Shown here: piece after piece, positions 9,928 through 23,281 of the stretch
Position numbering within the stretch: the stretch's first letter is position 1
Layout: the number at the start of each line of letters is the position of its first letter
NCBI RefSeq assembly: GCF_963921235.1
Contig: NC_086118.1
Span: forward strand, 26,166,001 to 26,230,000
Source of the DNA: Mobula hypostoma
Taxonomy: Eukaryota
Direction: 5' to 3'
DNA: 64,000 nucleotides
Notes under the pieces: generated by a model
What the model was told of the DNA's origin: nothing
What the model saw: the letters and a program-made list of their open reading frames with translations, nothing else
Database searches by the model: none
Made by a program: the position numbers and the translations under genes

Positions 9928-12900
9928 AAGCTCTAGATTAAACTCATCTACTCATTTATTCACTTGAGTTGATTCTGGGCCAGTCCAGCAATGAACTGGA
10001 AGTGTACATTTGAGGCTGAACCTAAAACTCACCCTAATGACCTGCATTCATCAAGATGTTAAGCACAATGTCGGGTCACCTAGCAATGTCCAATATCCCT
10101 GACTATAATGGTAAGTGACCTGTGATAGTGACGATCAATTTCACAGATCCTTGCTGTGTGCAAATAGACTAAACATATTTTCCCACATGACAAAAATAAC
10201 TACAGGCCACTAGTTCAGTTAAACTTCAATATTCCAAAAATTAAGACATGCTACTCCTGTTCAAAATAGAAAAAATGGTTTTACTTTTATAAACTTTCAT
10301 AATTAATTGCAATGGAGTTTAATGTCAGTATTAACATGAGCATATTTCAAGAGAATCATTAATTAATTGAACCTTAACTTTGTTGAAAAACTGTAGGAAG
10401 TGAGATATATATGCTATCATAGATATTCAAATTGGTAGTAGCTTGTTGCAAGAAAGAAATCCTCCATGAATTGTATATTGCTACAGTTGTTGGCTAATTT
10501 TCACTTCTGTTGTTATTTTCATGAATAGAGTAAATCTGTTTATTCTCGCCATTAATTTTTTTGAATTTTCTGCATTTCCATTTTAATTGCTTCTTTAACC
10601 CATTATAGGATATTGTTTAGCAATTAATAACTTAAGTGTACTTTTAATAACTTGATAATTATTAACTATTGTCAATTAATCTTTTTTGTTACAAATTAAT
10701 TTAATACCTCTTAGGAAGTGTTAAAGTCTCAATTTTTCAATAAGCTTTATATGTTTTTTTTTACTTCTCTCATAATTTAAATTTTCTGCCTGTTTTCTTT
10801 CTGTAACTGATTTGAATGAATCGGTATTCTCCCATTGCTCAGTCCTTAGTTTATTTCTTGATCTTTGCATCTCACTAAGGAGACATGTTGCTAACGTTAT
10901 CATTGGCCAAGATCCAAAATACTTATTTGCCATTGCTGTGCTGTTATTACGAATACATCTCAAACAACTGTTGTTGTGCTTTTAAAACCTAAGCTAAATC
11001 TGTTCAAAATAGCATGCATGAGCATGGCAAACAAACAGGACAATGTCACAAGATACAGTAAATCTGCCCAATATCACAAAGTATTGAACCTTTTGTTCAG
11101 AGTTGAATAGATGAGACTGTAATTCCCAAGACTACGTTTACTGTATGAAAAAAGAACAGCAGTACTCTATTGCTCTGCAGTAGATACTTAACACACATCT
11201 GCTTTATCTTGTATTGAACTTTCAAAGGTTGGGTATCTGTCTAGACATTAACTTCCTGTGCACATTTTGTATCTATTAAATTAAGGATTAATAAGTTTGA
11301 ACATTCTTCTTTAACTATAATACACTTATATTTGAACATGAAGTGTAAAAACTTGAAAAATTAAGCAAAAATCTGAGGATTTTATTCATGTATATGCATG
11401 TGGAAATAAAAATTACAAATGAAATTTTCTCCAAATTCTTAACTCAAATATGACATCAAATACTGCCAGGTTAACTATAAAGAAGGTTAGTTGATAATGC
11501 TGGAATTCCAATTAAAATGCACAAATAGTACACTGAATAATTCCTGTGGTCTAATACCAGACTTCTTCTGGAGATTGAATTGCAACAAGCAGAATCATTA
11601 TTCTTCAAAATGATGGTCAATATTCATATTATCTATCCTTGTGCTTGCTGTCTGGAGTTCCTTGTGATAGAGTCTAAAAGCAATCAAATGAACATCACAC
11701 TAAAATATGTCACACCTCCAAAAATAATGTTTATATGTAGTTGTAATACCACAATGAAGCATTTTGTCTCCTTGTTCTCTCTTCTCGATATTTCATCTTC
11801 TTTTATCAAAGTATCTTAAATAAATTAATGATAAATAATCTTAAAATAGGTGGTATAGTTTGCAAGGAATGGAAAGATGACATGGAGGAACCAATATTAT
11901 AGAGAAACTTAGTTTACAGGTTTTAGCTTTCGATTGTATTGGCTGTAAAGTTGTGATGGAGCAAGTCCTCTCCTGGTTTCAAATGCTTGTGTTCAATCAT
12001 TTGGTGAATCGGATATTTAATTTTTATACATTCCAACTTAATATTGCTAACTATTTTAAGATAAAAGCCAGAAACATTTTGAATGTAGACCCTTGGGGAA
12101 GCTTGCACAAGAATTTTCTAGCAGTCTTGCTGCAGATCAAGGATATCACAAGGCAGAACTGTGTTAACCAACGGAGATGGCAGACCATGAATTTGAAATG
12201 TATTTGGGTTTGTGCCACAAATAAGTGTTGGGAATCAAGTTGAAGGCAGGATGCTGAGGCTGAGGATCAGCCATGGCTGGGTGCTGGTCCACATGAAACG
12301 TACAGAATAAACCCTGAACTTCAACTGAGGTCAGAGGCTGCAAACCAGTGACATTGAAAAGCCAAAAACTGCAGATGCTGGAAATTGGAAATAAATGCAA
12401 TAATTGGAAATAAATGCCATTAAGCTGCAATATGAATTCATTTTTTCTCTCCACAGTTGCTGCCCAATCTGCTCAGTATCTTCTGTTTTTTATTGTAGGT
12501 GTCGCACATCCATATCAAACAGGCTGTGAACGGAAGTGAGATTTTGCCTGGACTGGTACAGCAGCAGGTCAGGGGGAAAGCTTCCTCTCAAAACCAAGGC
12601 AAATGATCTGGCTGAGAGATAAGCCAACCTTTGGATGAGGAGGTAGGCACAACGGCATCACAGCAAAGAACGAAAGAAAAGCATTTCTCCAAAATAACAA
12701 GTAAAGGTTTGATAAGCACCAGGCATCTGCTGTAATAACTGGATCCTCAAGAACTATGAAATTAAGTTTACGTACACATTAGAGCTGTGCGATTTCATAC
12801 AAACTCTATTGGACTTAACACAATCTCTAATATGATTCTTTAAGAATTTCTGAAGCTCTGAAATTCTGCTGGGATTTACAACTGTGCATTTACCATAGCA

Positions 12901-14369
12901 ATTTTCTGCTGCTATCCCACAGACTGCCAGATTTACTTATTTTCAAAGTATTGCTATTCAATGGTTTATTGGCCAAACCTCTGCAATCCAAGAACAGGAC
13001 CATATCACTGTCTGCTTTACTCAGATAGTTTATGTTATGATGAACCCACACTGGGTGCTCTTTATTCTGAGTATTGTGTATAATCATTCATCTTGTTAGG
13101 AAACACAAAAGGTGTTAAAATTTAGCTTATCTGGGGGCAATATCATCAATTGAGAACTGAGATTCTTTGCTATTTCTGAGTGAAAATTGACCCCTGGCCC
13201 ACTGCTGGAAACATTTGAACAGGAGATTTATGACTATCTGAACATTTGTAATAAATTCAGCATATCTTTTGTGAAAAATTGAGAATGTTTCCCAGTTTTC
13301 TGCGTTTCAGATGTGGACTTGGACTGTAGACTTTTTTCAGTCTTCCGGGTTTTTTTTGTAATCTGTGTTTCTCGCTGGATCGTTCTTAGTTTTTTCTGTG
13401 TGGGAGGGATTTAGGGGTCAATGTACCTGTTCCATTTTTGTTTGGTTTTTTTGTGTGCAGGGAGGAGGAATTTGGGGTTTGATTATCGTGCTTCCGTTCG
13501 TTGCTTTTGTGGTTTTCTGGCTATCTGGAGATGAATTTCAGAGGTGTAAACTTTGATAATAAATGAACTTTTGAAATATTGACATAATGCATCCACAGAC
13601 AAAAATACAGATCTACCTCAAAAGGGAAATCAGTGATCAGACAAATTCACAAGGTTGATTTGATAAAGCACTTAAGAGAATCATAACATCACAAAAATGT
13701 TACCTCACAGGAGTGGACAAACTGCTCGGTTGATGCTTGTTTCTGATTTTTGCTTCAGTTGTATTCCCCTATCTTTCTGTATAGCTCTAATCATTCTTGT
13801 CAATCCAATGCCTTTTGAAGGTACTGATTAATTCTGATTTCACCAGCTCACAGTCAATACTTCCAGGTCCCAATTATTTGCTTAGTAATGAAAGCTTTCC
13901 TCACAGCATCTTTGTAGCTTTTAACCAAACTTTTAAATCTGTATTCCTTTGAACCATCTGCTAATGCAAATATTTCTCAGTCTACCAGTTATAATCTTGT
14001 ACACCTCCAGCCAATCTCCTTTCAAATTTCACTGTCCAAGGAGAACAACCCCAGCTTATCCTGTGCAATACTGCGGTTCAAATTTCTTAACCCTGCAATT
14101 ACTCTATCAAGACATTTCCGTATTCTTATCTATGATTTTCACATCCCACCTAAACTGTGAGACCAGAACTGGACGCAATACTCCATCAGTGAAATACCTG
14201 TGTTTTGTAATTTGAGCCTAATTTCCTGCTTTTCTATTGTATCATGACATGTGTCACATTCAGACATATCCCTATAGTTGAGGCCATTTTTTACTAATAT
14301 TCTACTTAATTTTCAAATTCCTTTAATAATGTAGTTCCTCATGTGAAAATGCAGCAAGACAATTCCATA

Positions 14370-14480
14370 GGTGGCATGGTAGCAAAGTGGTTTGTATAAC
14401 GCATTACAGTGCCAGTGATTGGGATTCAATTCCCTCCGCTGTCTGTACGGACTGTTCTCTCCGTGTCCATGTGACAATTA
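14370..14480 (+). mobile_element. tRNA-derived SINE head fragment
   Basis: A-box-like tggtagcaaagtgg, B-box-like ggattcaattcc; similar to 46660 and 49512. Confidence 0.55.
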
Positions 14481-14597
14481 AAGCTAATTTTTAATATTCA
14501 GACACGGACTGGTGCCAAATGCCACTCAAATGCCAGGCAATAAACATCTCCATTATGTGAGGAATTCTAACCTTCTCTTGATATTCAACAGAATATC

Positions 14598-15299
14598 AGA
14601 AGGATCTTGGGGTCCGGGTCCATAGGATGCTCAAAGCAGCTGCGCAGATTGACTCTGTGGTTAAGAAGGCATATGGTGCATTGGCCTTCATCAATTGTGG
14701 AATTGAATTTAGGAGCCGAGAGGTAATGTTGCAGCTATATAGGACCCTGGTCAGACCCCACTTGGAGTACTGTGCTCAGTTCTGGTCACCTCACTACAGG
14801 AAGGATGTGGAAACCATAGAAAGGGTGCAAAGGAGATTCACAAAGATGTTGCCTGGATTGGGGAGCATGCCTTATGAGAATAGGTTGAGTGAACTCGGCC
14901 TTTTGTCCTTGGAGCGATGGAGGATGAGAGGTGACCTGATAGAGGTGTAAGATGATGAGAGGCATTGATCGTCTGGATAGTCAGGGGCTTTTTCCCAGGG
15001 CTGAAATGGTTGCCACAAGAGGACACAGGTTTAAAGTGCTGGGGAGTAGGTACAGAGGAGATGTCAGGGTTAAGTTTTTTACTCAGAGAGTGGTGAGTGC
15101 GTGGAATGGGCTGCCGGCAATGGTGGTGGAGGTAGATACGATAGTGTCTTTTATGAGACTTTTGGATAGGTACATGGAGCTTAGAAAAATAGAGGGCTAT
15201 GGGTAAGCCTAGTAATTTCTAAGGTAGGGACATGTTCGGCACAACTTTGTGGGCCGAAGAGCCTGTTTTGTGCTGTGGGTTTTCTATGTTTCTATGTTT
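14598..15299 (+). mobile_element. CR1 LINE 3' fragment
   Basis: LYRTLVRPHLEYCAQFWSPHYRKD..ERVQRRFTKMLPG; (ttctatgt)n tail. Confidence 0.9.
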
Positions 15300-15550
15300 G
15301 TAGAATTATTGCCATTGATTCCCCTAGCATCAATACCTAACATTTGGCGGTAGTGATGGTTGTACTGGGTTAGGTGACCATTGACTAGAAAATTATATGA
15401 ATAAGCCTTATGAATTTCTCTGAGAAAAGCCGGGCAGAGAATGTGAATTCTGAAGTGGGTGAGTCACTTGCTCACTCTACAAAGTCACTTCAAAACATCT
15501 ACAAGGCACAAATATATAATGCAATTACTTCATTTGTGTCATGAATCAAA

Positions 15551-15985
15551 GGGTTAGCTCTTGGGCTGTATTCCCTGGAGTTCAGGAGAATGAGGGGGGA
15601 TCTCATAGAAACATTCCGAATGTTAGAAGGCCTGACCAGATTAGATATAGCAAACTTATTTCCCATGGTAGGGGATTCTAGGACAAGAGGGCACGACTTC
15701 AGGATTGAAGGATGTCCTTTTAGAACTGAGATGTGAAGAAATTACTTTAGAAAGAGGGTGGTAAATCTGTGGAATTTGTTGCCACGAGCAGCTGTGGAAG
15801 CGAAGTCATTGGGTGTATTTAAGGCAGAGATAGATGGGTTCTTGACTAGCCGGAGCATCAAAGGGTATGGGGTGAAAGCAGAGGAGTGGGGATGACTGGA
15901 AGAGTTGGATCAGCCAATGACAGAATGGTGGAGCAGATGCAATGGGCCAAATGGCCCACTTCTGCTCCTATATCTTATGGCCTTA
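15551..15985 (+). mobile_element. CR1 LINE 3' fragment
   Basis: 'ctggagttcaggagaatgaggggggatctcatagaaaca' (RRMRGDLIE) and CR1-type 3' UTR. Confidence 0.8.
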
Positions 15986-16893
15986 TGAATAATGTTCTGG
16001 CATTACTTAAGTAGCCTGCACTGCCACCACATCCTTATTTCTGACCATTTATCTCTGTCATTATCTACACACTATTGCTGCAGCGTGCACCATCTACAAA
16101 ATACATTGCTTATCAGAACAAGTCAACATCCCAACCATCTTCCGCCCAGAATGAGGGAAGCAGCCACAGGGTTATGCCATGCCTGAAAGTTTCCAGTTGC
16201 GCACTGTCCTAACTGGAAATACAATTCAATCTTTAAAAGTGAGTCATGTAAAATGGCAGGCTTGTAAAGTCTCCAAGGGTGTACAACACAATCAGCATCT
16301 TTGCTGTTGGTAACTACATTGATCTTGCTTGATACTTAACCAACTATAACTTTGTCCCGATTAGTCAAATTCATTAAAACTTATAATTTTCTATTACTGT
16401 GTAACTATCTACCAGTGCATGCATTGAAACAACTACTAGCAGTAGAACTGGTTACAACACAGAATTGCTAGAGCATGCTTCTATTTAGTTTATTTCTTCT
16501 ATTCTTAACACACCTATCCCATGCTATTTACATACTTATAAGACAGGTAAGATAGCACAGTAGCATCTTATCGGTTGTTTTGTTTCCATTCAGAGCAATG
16601 GCCTAAATTCAGAAAAGAAGGGTAAATCCTCACAAGATTATAACTGAACTCAGTTTAGAAATGTGTGTGGCATTGAAAGACTGCTGGAAAAAAATCTCAA
16701 AAGCGACAGGTGTCTGTTGCACACCTGCCAGTTCTACACTTCCCAGTGAAGGCGACTAAATTTAGACATTCCAGTGTCTTCATGCTTCACTGGGTGCTCT
16801 GTACCTTCCCGACTGCATCCTGGACTCTTAGCCAGGAACCTCGCTGCTTTGTCGCTCATTGTATTCAGTAGGACTGGACTTTTCAACTTTGAC

Positions 16894-17100
16894 TAGAGCA
16901 CCACAGCACAGAAGTGGGTCCTTTGGCCCACCCAGTGCATGCCGAACTGTTACTCTGCCTAGTCTACACATGGACCATATCTCTCCATACCACTCTCATC
17001 CACGTACTTATTCAAATTTCTCTTAAATGTTGAAATTGATCTCACCAACACTACTTCTGTTGGAAGCTCATGGCTCACTATCATCACTCTGAGTGAAGAA
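16894..17100 (-). mobile_element. CR1 3' UTR fragment
   Basis: Reverse complement resembles the 3' ends of the other CR1 copies (e.g. 61680-61900). Confidence 0.55.
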
Positions 17101-18221
17101 GTAATTTTGGATCACTTTTGTTATTTTGGCTTATTAAAAATTAGGACAAATACATCAATGTTTATTTCCTATAATAAACTACAATTCAATTGGGGATGAC
17201 CATAAATAGCAGCTGTATATTTATTAAGCAGTATTTTTAACCATTCTTATCCAGTCGTATCACTATCTACTGCACTGGGTTAAGTGTCAACCAAGCCGTC
17301 AGTTATCGATGCTCAAATTTGCATCTAAAACTGCTTTCTTAAAGTAAAAAGTATTAGGATATATTATCAGGGTTTTATGCATGAAAGTACATAAAATATG
17401 TCAGCTTTTGAGAATGCCTTTCAATTATTGACGGTAAAATCTGAAAAAAAGATGTTTTGTATATCAAGAAAATTTATTTTGTTTTTGCTGCCATTGCTTT
17501 GATGTCTGACTGGATTATCACGGGCACTCTTCATACAGTACTGGAACAATCAATCAGTTAGGATGGCGTTCCCACTCATTCTATCATTTTGTTGCACTGC
17601 TACGCTCGAGAGCTGTAAAACAATTGATCTGTCCACACATCTGAGTATGGTTCAGAGGCAAACTTATCATCAATCTTCTGAAATTATTTTCGGAAAATGT
17701 GCTATTGCTAACTTACACACATTAAGATAACAATTTTATTTCTTAACCATAGCTTTAAAATGTTCATGCAATTCTATTGCAGCTTTTTGTCACTGTAATC
17801 CTGAGCTTTGCTGAGTATACAGTATATCTGCAAGTTATAAGACAAAATAAACTATATTACAAGCTGCAGATTCCTCAAATCCAGACACATTGAATAAGAT
17901 ACCTTCTATTTATGTATTTTCTTGTCTTACTTTTGGCTTTTTCTTAGAATTTATTACATTTTACCAAGTTCAATCTTAATGTCTTTACAAAAGGAGGTGT
18001 GATATACTGGAAAACGCAGTCAGGGTAATGTCATGTTTGATCCAGTGCAGAAACACTGCAGTTTGGAGGGGGTGGAACTGCTCTGGGTGAACCTTTGCAT
18101 AATTTCCAATAAGCAGCCCCTGTCCACTCTTATCACTTGAACTTTCAGTTATTTATTTACATTTTCTACACCTTCTTGTTCTCACTATTTTTGGTCATGT
18201 AACTGTTTCTGAAAATATTGG

Positions 18222-18386
18222 AGCAACAAACAACTTGCTGGAGGAGCTCGGTGTTTTAAGCAATATCTGTGGAAGAATAGCAATTGCTGATATTTTGGGA
18301 AGAAACCTTGCACCAGTCCTCAGTTCCTCCCCCAGACTGTTTTTGCTCTAGATTCCAGCAGCTTCAGTCCCTTGTGTCTCCAGTGG
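18222..18386. mobile_element. Old short inverted PLE 3'-end insertion
   Basis: Minus arm gagcaacaaacaacttgctggaggagctc..., plus arm ending gattccagcagcttcagtcccttgtgtctc; 9-bp direct repeat aaatattgg on both sides. Confidence 0.55.
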
Positions 18387-18437
18387 AAATATTGGCTCCA
18401 CATGTCTTATTTTGGAAATTTATAGGAAAAAGTATAT

Positions 18438-19076
18438 ATTATGATTATGATTATGAGGACACGCAGTCCCCTTTTATTGTCATTTAGTAATACATGCATT
18501 AAGAAATGATACAATGTTTTTCCAGAATGATATCACAAAAACACATGACAAACTGACTTAAAAACTAATAAAAACCACATAATTATAACATATAGTTACA
18601 ACAGTGCAAAGCAATACCGTAATTTGATAAGAACAGTAAAAGTCTCAAAGTCTCTGGAAAGTCCCATCATCTCACGCAGATGGTAAACCTCCAGCGCCGC
18701 CAACTTGCCGATGCAGCATCCCGGAAGCATCCGACCACAGTCCGACTCCGAGTCCGTCCGAAGAACTCCGAGCCTCCGACCAGCTCTCTGACATCAAGCA
18801 CCGAGCACCATCTCTGCCGAGCGTTTCAACCCCAGCCCTGGCAACAGGCGATATGCAAAGCCGAGGATTTGGGGCCTTCGTCTCCGGAGATTCTCGATCA
18901 CACAGTAGCAGTGGCAGTGAAGCAGGCATTTCAGAAGTTTCTCCAGGTGTTCCTCCGTGCTTCGCACAGCTGTCCCCATCAAATCTGGATTGTGCACAGC
19001 CCCCTAGTTACACATACGATATTCATTCCAAATGGCCGTGCACGCTGCATCGCACTGTCATCTTCTCCTCCCTCCC
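18438..19076 (-). mobile_element. Non-coding GC-rich retroelement (same family as 62357-63035)
   Basis: Reverse complement aligns by eye with 62357-63035 from GGAGAAGATG to the AATAAA and (ataatc)n tail. Confidence 0.75.
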
Positions 19077-20526
19077 TCTTATAGACAACTATAGTATGCC
19101 ATTGCCATGAACTTTTCCTTATCTAATCACAAAGCAGTAATAGAGAAAACATTATTCCTGCACCAGCTGCTCTACAAGTCCAGATACATTATAAAAAGCA
19201 AAGGAATTTAGTGAGTATAGGGAGTTAGAGAAGAGACTGATAGTAATAACGATATTACTCCCAGTACTACCTGTGAGTCAGGAAAAGAATAGGATATCTG
19301 TACAAATGAATGAATGTTTGAGGAAGTGGTGCAGGGTTTCAGATTTTTGGATCATTGGTAACTCTTCTGGGAGAGGTGTGATCTGTCCTAAAAGGATGGA
19401 TTAGACCTGAACTCTAGGGGGACCAATATCCTTGTGGGCAGATATGTTATTGCTGTTAGGAGGGTTTAAACTTACTTGGCGGGGGAATGGGAACCAGAGT
19501 GCTTCGGCTGAGGACGGTGTGGTGTGCATTATGTAGCGAGTCTGTTAGGAGTTTCAGGCAGATGATGGGGCAAAATTGAAAAGGCTGATGAATACAGGAC
19601 TGAAAAATGTTATATTTGATTGTGCACAGTATACTGAATATGGTAGATGATCATGTATTGCAGTTAGAGATTGGCAGGTATGACGTTGTGGGGTGAAAAA
19701 TCATAATTAAGAGCTTAACATCCAAGGGTGTACATTGTATTGAAAGGGTGGGCAAGTAGGTAGAGGTGGTTCTGTTGCTAAAACAAAATGAAATCAAATC
19801 CCTTTGAAAGAAGTGACATAGGGTTTGGAAGATGTAGAATCCTTGTGGGTAGAGTTAAGAAACAGTAAGGGTAAAAAGACCCTGATGTGAGTTACAGTAT
19901 ATACAGGCCTCCAAACAGCCAGTATGTGGGATATAAATCACAGTGAGAGATAGAAAAGGCATGTAATAATGGAAATGTTGCAATAGTCATGGGGGATTTC
20001 AATATACAGGTAGATTGTGAAAGTCAGGTTGGTGCTGGATCCCAAAAGAGGGAATTTATAGAAAGCCTATGAGGTGGCTTTTTAATGCAACTTGTTGTTA
20101 AGACCACTGGGGGAAAGGCATTTCTGGAATGGGTATTGTGTAATGAACCAGATTTGATTAGGGAGCTTAAGAAAAAGGAACCCTTAGGAGGCAGAGATCA
20201 TAGTATGATAGAATTCACCCTGCAAATTGAGAAGGAGAAGGTAAAGTCAGACCTAGCAGTATTGTAGTGGAGTAAGGGAAATTACAGGAACAAAAATGAG
20301 GAGCTGGCCAAAGTTGATTGGTAGGATACACTAACAGTGATGAAGGCTAGGGTTTCTAGGGACAATTCAGAAGGCATAAGATGGCTACTGTTCATCTCAA
20401 AGATGAATAAGTATTCTAACGGGTGATTGAGGCAACTATGGCTGACAAGGAAAGTCAAAGACAGCATAAAAGCAAGAGAGGGCATATAATATAGGAAAAC
20501 TTAATGGGAAGTTAGTGGATTGGGAA

Positions 20527-20681
20527 TCAATTAAACTCTTCCCTGGCTTCCAGCTGGGTACAGGTATCCATTTTAACTGACAATTCGATGACAGACTCTG
20601 TCATCAAAACGTTGGTTAAAATCAATAACTGTGCCCAGCTGAAAGCCCAAGGTTTATTAGTCATATATGCTGAGAAAACAC
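20527..20681. mobile_element. 155-bp fold-back insertion inside CR1
   Basis: Imperfect inverted repeat centred on gatgacaga-c-tctgtcatc; 11-bp TSD tggattgggaa at 20516-20526 and 20682-20692. Confidence 0.75.
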
Positions 20682-21712
20682 TGGATTGGGAAGCTTTTAA
20701 TATCCAACAGAAGGCAACTAAAAAAACCATAAGGAGAGAACAGATGAAATATAAAGGTAAGCTAGGCAGTAACATAAAAGAGGATACCAAAAGATTTTTC
20801 ACATATATGAAGAGTAAAAGAGAGGCGAGAGTAGACATCGGACCGCTGGAAATTGACATTGTTCTGGTAGTAATGGGGTAACAAAGAAATGGCAAGTAAA
20901 CTTAGTAACAATTTTGCATCAGTTTTCACTGTGGAAGACAAGAGTTGTAAGCCAGAAATTTGAGAGTGTCATGGGGCAGAAGTGCTTGTAGTTGCTATTA
21001 CTAAGGAGAAGGTGCTTGGGAAGCTGAAAGATCTGAAGGTAGATAAGTCAGCGAAGTACATGCCAGGGTTCTGAAAGAGGTAGCTGAAGAGATTGTGGAA
21101 GCATTAGTAATGATCTTTCAAGGATCACTAGATTCTGGAATGGTTCTGGAGGACTGGAAAGTTGCAAATGTCACCTCCCTCTTTAAGAAAGCAGGGAGGC
21201 AGAACAAAGGAAAGTTATGCTGACTTCAATGGTTGGGAAGATGTTGGAGTCTATTCTTAAAGATGAGATTTTGGGCACATGATAAAGTAGGCCAAAGTCA
21301 GCATTGTTTCCTTAAAGGTAAATTCATCCTGTCAATTCTATTGGAGCTCTTTGAGGAAACAACAGACACACCAGTGTATTTGGTTTACTTAGATTTTCGT
21401 AAGGCCTTTGACAAGGTGATGCACATTAGGCTGCTTAACAATGGATAGAAGATTGGCTGACTGGCAGGAGACAAAGAGTGGGAATAAAGGAAGCCTACTC
21501 TGGTTGGTTGCCAGTGCCTATTAGTGTTCTAGAATACAAAAGCAAAGATGCAATGCTGCGGTTTTATAAGGCATTGGTCAGACCACAGTTGGAGTACTAT
21601 AAGCAGTTTTGGGCCCCTTATCTCAGAAAAGATGTGTTGGCATTGGAGAAGATCAAGAGGAGGTTCATGAGAGTGATTCTGTGAATAAAAGGGTTAACAT
21701 ATGAGGGTTAAC

Positions 21713-21853
21713 ATCTCCAGTACTGCCAAAGTGTCTCAGCCCGAAACATCCACTGTTTACTCTTTTCCATAGATGCTTCCTGGCTTGCTGAGTTCTTCCA
21801 CCATTTTGTGTATGTTGCTTGAATTCTCAGCATCTGCAGATTTTCTCTTGTTT
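21713..21853 (+). mobile_element. PLE 3'-terminal fragment inside CR1
   Basis: Decayed hammerhead (cccgaaacatc) followed by atagatgct..gctgagttc..cagcatctgcagattttctcttgttt tail. Confidence 0.7.
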
Positions 21854-23281
21854 ATGAGGAGTGTTTGATTGTTCTGAGCTTTTACTCACTGGAGCTTATG
21901 AGAATGAGGGGAGATCACATTGAAACCTATCGAAGATTGAAATGCCTAAATAGACTGGATGTGGAGAAAATGTTTACTATAGTGAGAGTGTCTAGGATCA
22001 GAGGGTACAGCCTTAGAATAGAATGATGTGCCATTCAGACAGAGATGAGAAAGATCTTTTTAAGCCAGGTGGTGAATCTATGGAATTTAATGCCGTGAGG
22101 AGGCCAAGTCATTGAGAATATTGAAAGCGAAGTTGGATAGATTCTTGATTAGTCAGGGTGTCAAAGATTACGGGGAGAAGGCAGGAGAATAAGGTTGAGA
22201 GGGATAATAAATCAACCATGATGGAATGGTAGAGCAGACACAATGGGCCAAATGGCCTAATTATGCTCCTATGTCTCCAAATACTATGATTTGATTCACT
22301 ACTTTAATATAAGCAGCACTTAGATCATGTTCCAAATGGACTGGCGCCTACATACACCTGATGATTCAGCAACCAAATACCATGTCCATTAAGGAACCTA
22401 AGGTACTGGGCTGAATCCTCGACTGTTTGAAATAACTGCAGTTCTGCGTGAGGCAGTATTCTATTGTGAATTGTACTCTGGCTTGGCCAAAACTCTCTCT
22501 CCTCATTCCTGATTGGAGACTGCATTTGTAGGAGTCTAGAGTGAAGACCAATCTCATCGTAAAGTTGAAATATCTTGAACAAACTTGCAGAAAAAGAATC
22601 GCAACTTAGGCAGAGCATCAGCAGATGGGTTTGTGGATGTCAGTTCAAACATTAACCATGAGCATCATGAAAGTAACCTTGGAAGAATGACTCTTTAAAG
22701 TTTGAAGAACTTGGATCATTCCTGAATAAAACAGGCACTTTACAATAAATGTTCAGTACTCTGATAATGTTTAATCGATAGTAAACTTTGTGCCATGTTC
22801 CTTTACATAAAGATGGTTTAATACATTATAGATGTTAACAGATGACATTCAGTTTTAGGCAGCAAAAAGACTTCCTCTTCAGTAAATATTGATAGTTTTG
22901 TTTATACCTACACCATTCAAATGTATCTACAATACAAACTTTTTTTTTTACAAAAGTATTCTTTTATAACAAATTAGTGAGTAAAATTTGTTAATAAGCT
23001 TGCTGTAGATTTTGAATATTATCTGAGTTTCAGCTACATTAAAATCTTATTGCATTCTGATTAAAATAAGCCAATTATATTAAAGGGAAACATCTGAGCT
23101 CATATCACAGAAAGTTAACAAATCTATATAATCTTACATTTGTCTTTAGATAGGTGTAAAATTTCAAACATTACTTACAAATATTGGATATTAATTGAAG
23201 AATGTAAAACAAGGAACAGAAAAATAGTGCAGCTAATTATAAAACTACAATCACTTCATATGTTCATTCAATCCACAGTTG

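Larger units (their letters stand above)
19185..22276 (+). mobile_element. Long decayed CR1 LINE (ORF1 end, endonuclease, RT, 3' UTR)
   Basis: MGDFN, 'WVLCNEPDLI..EPLGG.DH', 'YLDFRKAFDKV', 'YKALVRPQLEY..FWAPY'; many stops; two small nested insertions. Confidence 0.85.

Noticed and set aside
22330..22750. Plus-strand AATAAA pair (22725, 22744) as the 3' end of a convergent neighbour such as DHRS7C, recalled as adjacent to USP43 in mammals
   Set aside because: No matching plus-strand coding exons were recognised; AATAAA alone is uninformative in AT-rich DNA.
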